Source: Lama guanicoe (Eukaryota). From it: 64,000 nucleotides of DNA. This document shows, one piece after another, positions 61,171 through 64,000 of the stretch; position 1 is the stretch's first letter, and each line of letters starts with the position of its first letter. The notes under the pieces were generated by a model that was given only the letters and a program-made list of their open reading frames with translations, did no database searches and was not told the origin of the DNA. The position numbers were made by a program, and so were the translations under genes. The stretch covers positions 21,837,520 to 21,901,519 of the forward strand of contig MU055600.1 of NCBI GenBank assembly GCA_013239625.1, read 5' to 3'.

Positions 61171-62842
61171 GCGCAGTCTGGGTGAACAGAACACACAGAG
61201 ATGAGACGCTGCCCCTGAGATCCTCCCACCACCCCGAAAGGACGTGTCCATCACCAGAAAGGCTCCTGTGGACACGCCCTGCCCGTCCTAAAGGCATTAC
61301 CGATGAACGGGGGAGGGGAGAGGAGGCTCCCGGAAGGAGACCGTGGGTGGCGCAGGTGCCCTCGGGGCTGGGCCAGGATGGAGAGCAAGCGTCAGCGCTG
61401 GAAGGCTGCGGCTCACGCATTTCTAAGCTGCTCTGGGCACGAGCAGGGAGGGGAGCGCGATGACCCGGGAGAAGGCGGCGGCAAACGGAGAAGCGTGTGG
61501 GCTCTGGGGCCAGTCCGCCGGCTGCCACGGCCCGTCCTGCCACGTCGCTCTGCTGACACGCAGATGCGTGCGAGCCCCGAGCAGCCCGCGGGCGGCGCGG
61601 GGACCCGGGGACTTGCCCCAGACAGCGGGGTGGGGAGCGCGGCGGCTGCTGCCACCACGGTGGGAAGTACCACGCAGGCGCCTGGACGCCGCGAAGACTC
61701 GGGGCTGCTGCGACTGAGGAGAGTCACAAAGGGAAGAGAGTCTCCAGGACCCCGGTTTCCTCCCTGAGACATCTTGTTCCCTCCCTGGTGATTCCCGCAC
61801 ACTTCGTGTTAACGCCCAGCCCAGAAAAACCGCAGCAGCCCTGCTTTCATAGAAGACCCTTCTCGCCGAGAAAAGGCGGACGTGGCTTTATGCGCTGACC
61901 TGTCACGTGTGCACTTCAGCGGGGGACACGCTGTGTTTGCCTGAAGCAGAGGGATGGAAGTCTGATGACGACGTTTCAGGCATCAGCCAAGCCGGGGGGG
62001 GGGGGGGCCCACTGGTGCTTCCCGGTGCTGCTGCCACCGTGACTCGAGGGAGCGGCCCACCTCCTCTCCTCTGCTCCCCCACTTCCCTCCCGGGCAGCCT
62101 GTCCTCCCCTTGCCCACGGCCACCTGAGTCCCTGACGATTCCGGGTGGGTGCGTTTCCACAGGCAGGTGTGCGTCCTGTTTAGTCACATTAAAAATAAAT
62201 CACTTGGCCACACAGACAGTACATCAATCTGCTACTTTCCTCTGCTTTCCAGGAACAGACGGTTCAAAAACACAGAAGTGCAAGCGGGCAAGGAGGGAGG
62301 GGGAGCGGACGGCGCCTTCCCAGCTGGCCTCCGACTTCCGTCCCGTCAGAGGTGGAATCGGTCACGCCGGCAGCTCACCAATACCTCAGCCTCGCGGGCC
62401 TCCAGCTGCGGGAGGAACGAGGTGTGGGGAGGACGGCGGCTCTGCGCCGGGCCCGGTGCAGGCTTTTGCACCTGGTGTTTCCCGAAGGGGATCAGGATCC
62501 TGGCCAGTTTCGCTTCCAGGGTCTCGTTTCTTCAGACTGGAAACCTCACATCATTCTCTAGTAACTCCCCAGAGTCCTGGGGTCAGACAGACCCAGCCCC
62601 ACCCCTGTGGGCAGGGGTCCTAACATCTCCGAGCCTCTGTCTTGGTCTCCACAACGAGGATGGGGGTCAGGGAGGAATAAGGTAACATATTTAAGACAAA
62701 TGGTAAAGCGCCGGGAGTCAGACGGGCACAAGGACGGACTGCACAGTATCGCGTAGTTACTGTAAACGGAGAGCAGTCTTTAAACTGGCATAAAGAAGTC
62801 AAAGTTTAAAGAAATGTAGGCAATATCAAGACAACAAATTCC

Positions 62843-62925
62843 GTGCTCGCTTCGGCAGCACATACACTAGAACTGGGACGACACGGCAATTAGCACGGCC
62901 TCGCGCAAAGATGACGCGCAAACTC
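62843..62925 (+). pseudogene. RNU6: U6 snRNA retropseudogene (U6 nt 1 to about 87), 5' half of a U6/L1 chimera
   Basis: gtgctcgcttcggcagcacatacactagaactgggacgacacgg...ttagcacggcctcgcgcaaagatgacgcgcaaactc aligns to U6 from nt 1; ACAGAGA box destroyed, no upstream PSE/TATA evident. Confidence 0.93.
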
Positions 62926-62929
62926 TTTC

Positions 62930-63175
62930 AAGTCTCAAAACAAACTTGCGGTTACCAGGGGGACGAGGCGGTGGGGAGGGGCGCACGGGGAGTCTGGGAT
63001 TGGCAGGTACTGAGCGCTACGTGTAAAACAGATACAAAGGTCCCTCCTGCCGTAGAGTGCAGGAACTCCATTCAGTATCTCGAATAACCTACAATGAAAA
63101 GGAGCTCAGCCTCCACTCTGTGCACCAGAAACTAACACAGCGTCGAAAATCGACGATGCTTCGATAAAAACCATA
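62930..63175 (+). mobile_element. L1 3' UTR fused directly behind U6
   Basis: 'aaaacaaacttgcggttaccaggggg...ctgtgcaccagaaactaacacagcgtcgaaaatcgacgatgcttcgataaaaa'; decayed TSD aagacaacaaattcc (62828-62842) / aagtcaacaaaacc (63193-63206). Confidence 0.88.
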
Positions 63176-63679
63176 AAGCTAGATCGAGAGAAAAGTCAAC
63201 AAAACCAGGCAGGGGCCTTGTTGATGGTGATTCCAACGTCCCGCCCTGGGGTGCGCGCACTCACGATCCTGTCGCTGTTCTTCCCGGTGCAACGTCCCAC
63301 CGAGAGGTCATACTCCTCACCTGCAAATTCACAACAAAAGAAGGCACCTCAGAGCGCCTGAAGAGGCGACTAAAACCAGACGGCGCTCAGCCTCTCCCCA
63401 CAGCACGCACACAAGCTCACCCTCCGAGAGACGTCCGTGACCTGCACAGGTTAGGGCGGCCGTGTTCCAGGAGCTGCGTGTGTGCTTGTGTTTCTCATTT
63501 TTGGCAAAATCGGTCTGAGGGGGAGAGATCTGAGTCTGCTGTAGGAATATTGAAAAATTTTGTAGAAATTTAGAAAACCAGAGCCTTGCCTGGACGAAGC
63601 GCTCTGTGGGGGCGCCTGCGGGGGCGCCTGCGGCCAGCTGGGCCCACAGTCACGCCTGCCTGGCGGGCATCCTCCACGT

Positions 63680-64000
63680 GGGCGCTGGGCTGCTCTGCAA
63701 CTCGCTCAGAGCAGCAGCATATGGCAGAAGCAACACCGGACCCGGGCCTTGAGAGGCGCTGGAAGCACACGCCTTTGGCCCTTGGGAGGCATTGAGCCAA
63801 CACGTGAGAAACGAGGTCTCCGTGCAGCAGGGACCGTCTGGAGAGGTCGTGAGATTACATGGGGGTGGGGAGACCCAGCTGCCCCAGCTGGTCCCAGACA
63901 CCCCGGCAGAGCGGCAGCCACGTGAGTGACCCAGCGTGGATATCCCAGCCCAGTCCAGCCCCCAGATGGCTGCAGCCCAGCTGGTGTCACGGGCCCCAGA
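63680..64000 (+). mobile_element. MLT1G/H/I-like LTR running off the window end
   Basis: 'catatggcagaagcaacac...cccgggccttgagagg...ccaacacgtgagaaac...gcagccacgtgagtgacccagc'. Confidence 0.55.

Noticed and set aside
61994-62007. G14 homopolymer
   Set aside because: Simple run, length unreliable in assemblies; no further structure.
62843-62925. Functional U6 gene
   Set aside because: ACAGAGA box mutated, 3' stem missing, fused to L1, no upstream PSE/TATA seen.

Overview
Mammalian genomic DNA, most likely camelid (Camelus/Vicugna/Lama): the L1 3' ends, including a young 'atgctccc/tggagaatgtcattctaagtgaagtaagccagaaagagaaagaaaaatacc' type, resemble camelid L1 as I recall it. I can support no protein-coding gene. 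The ORF track looks like noise from GC-rich non-coding DNA. The window reads as intergenic or deep intronic sequence made of ancient eutherian repeats (MLT1 LTRs, MER21, MER5, MER58A, MER47, L2, MIR, L1ME), several lineage L1 3' ends, short tandem duplications, two small assembly gaps, a CpG-rich promoter/exon-like patch at about 2.2-2.5 kb, and several AT-rich enhancer-like islands. The best-supported notable results are (1) a U6 snRNA/L1-3'-end chimeric retrocopy with a decayed target-site duplication at 62.8-63.2 kb, and (2) a strong, strand-symmetric A/T-to-G/C substitution bias with CpG retention and gain in dead repeats, increasing toward the right of the window, the expected footprint of GC-biased gene conversion. 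Repeat subfamily names are from recalled consensus sequences and most repeat boundaries are approximate; RepeatMasker/Dfam should confirm them. I found no new multi-gene system.
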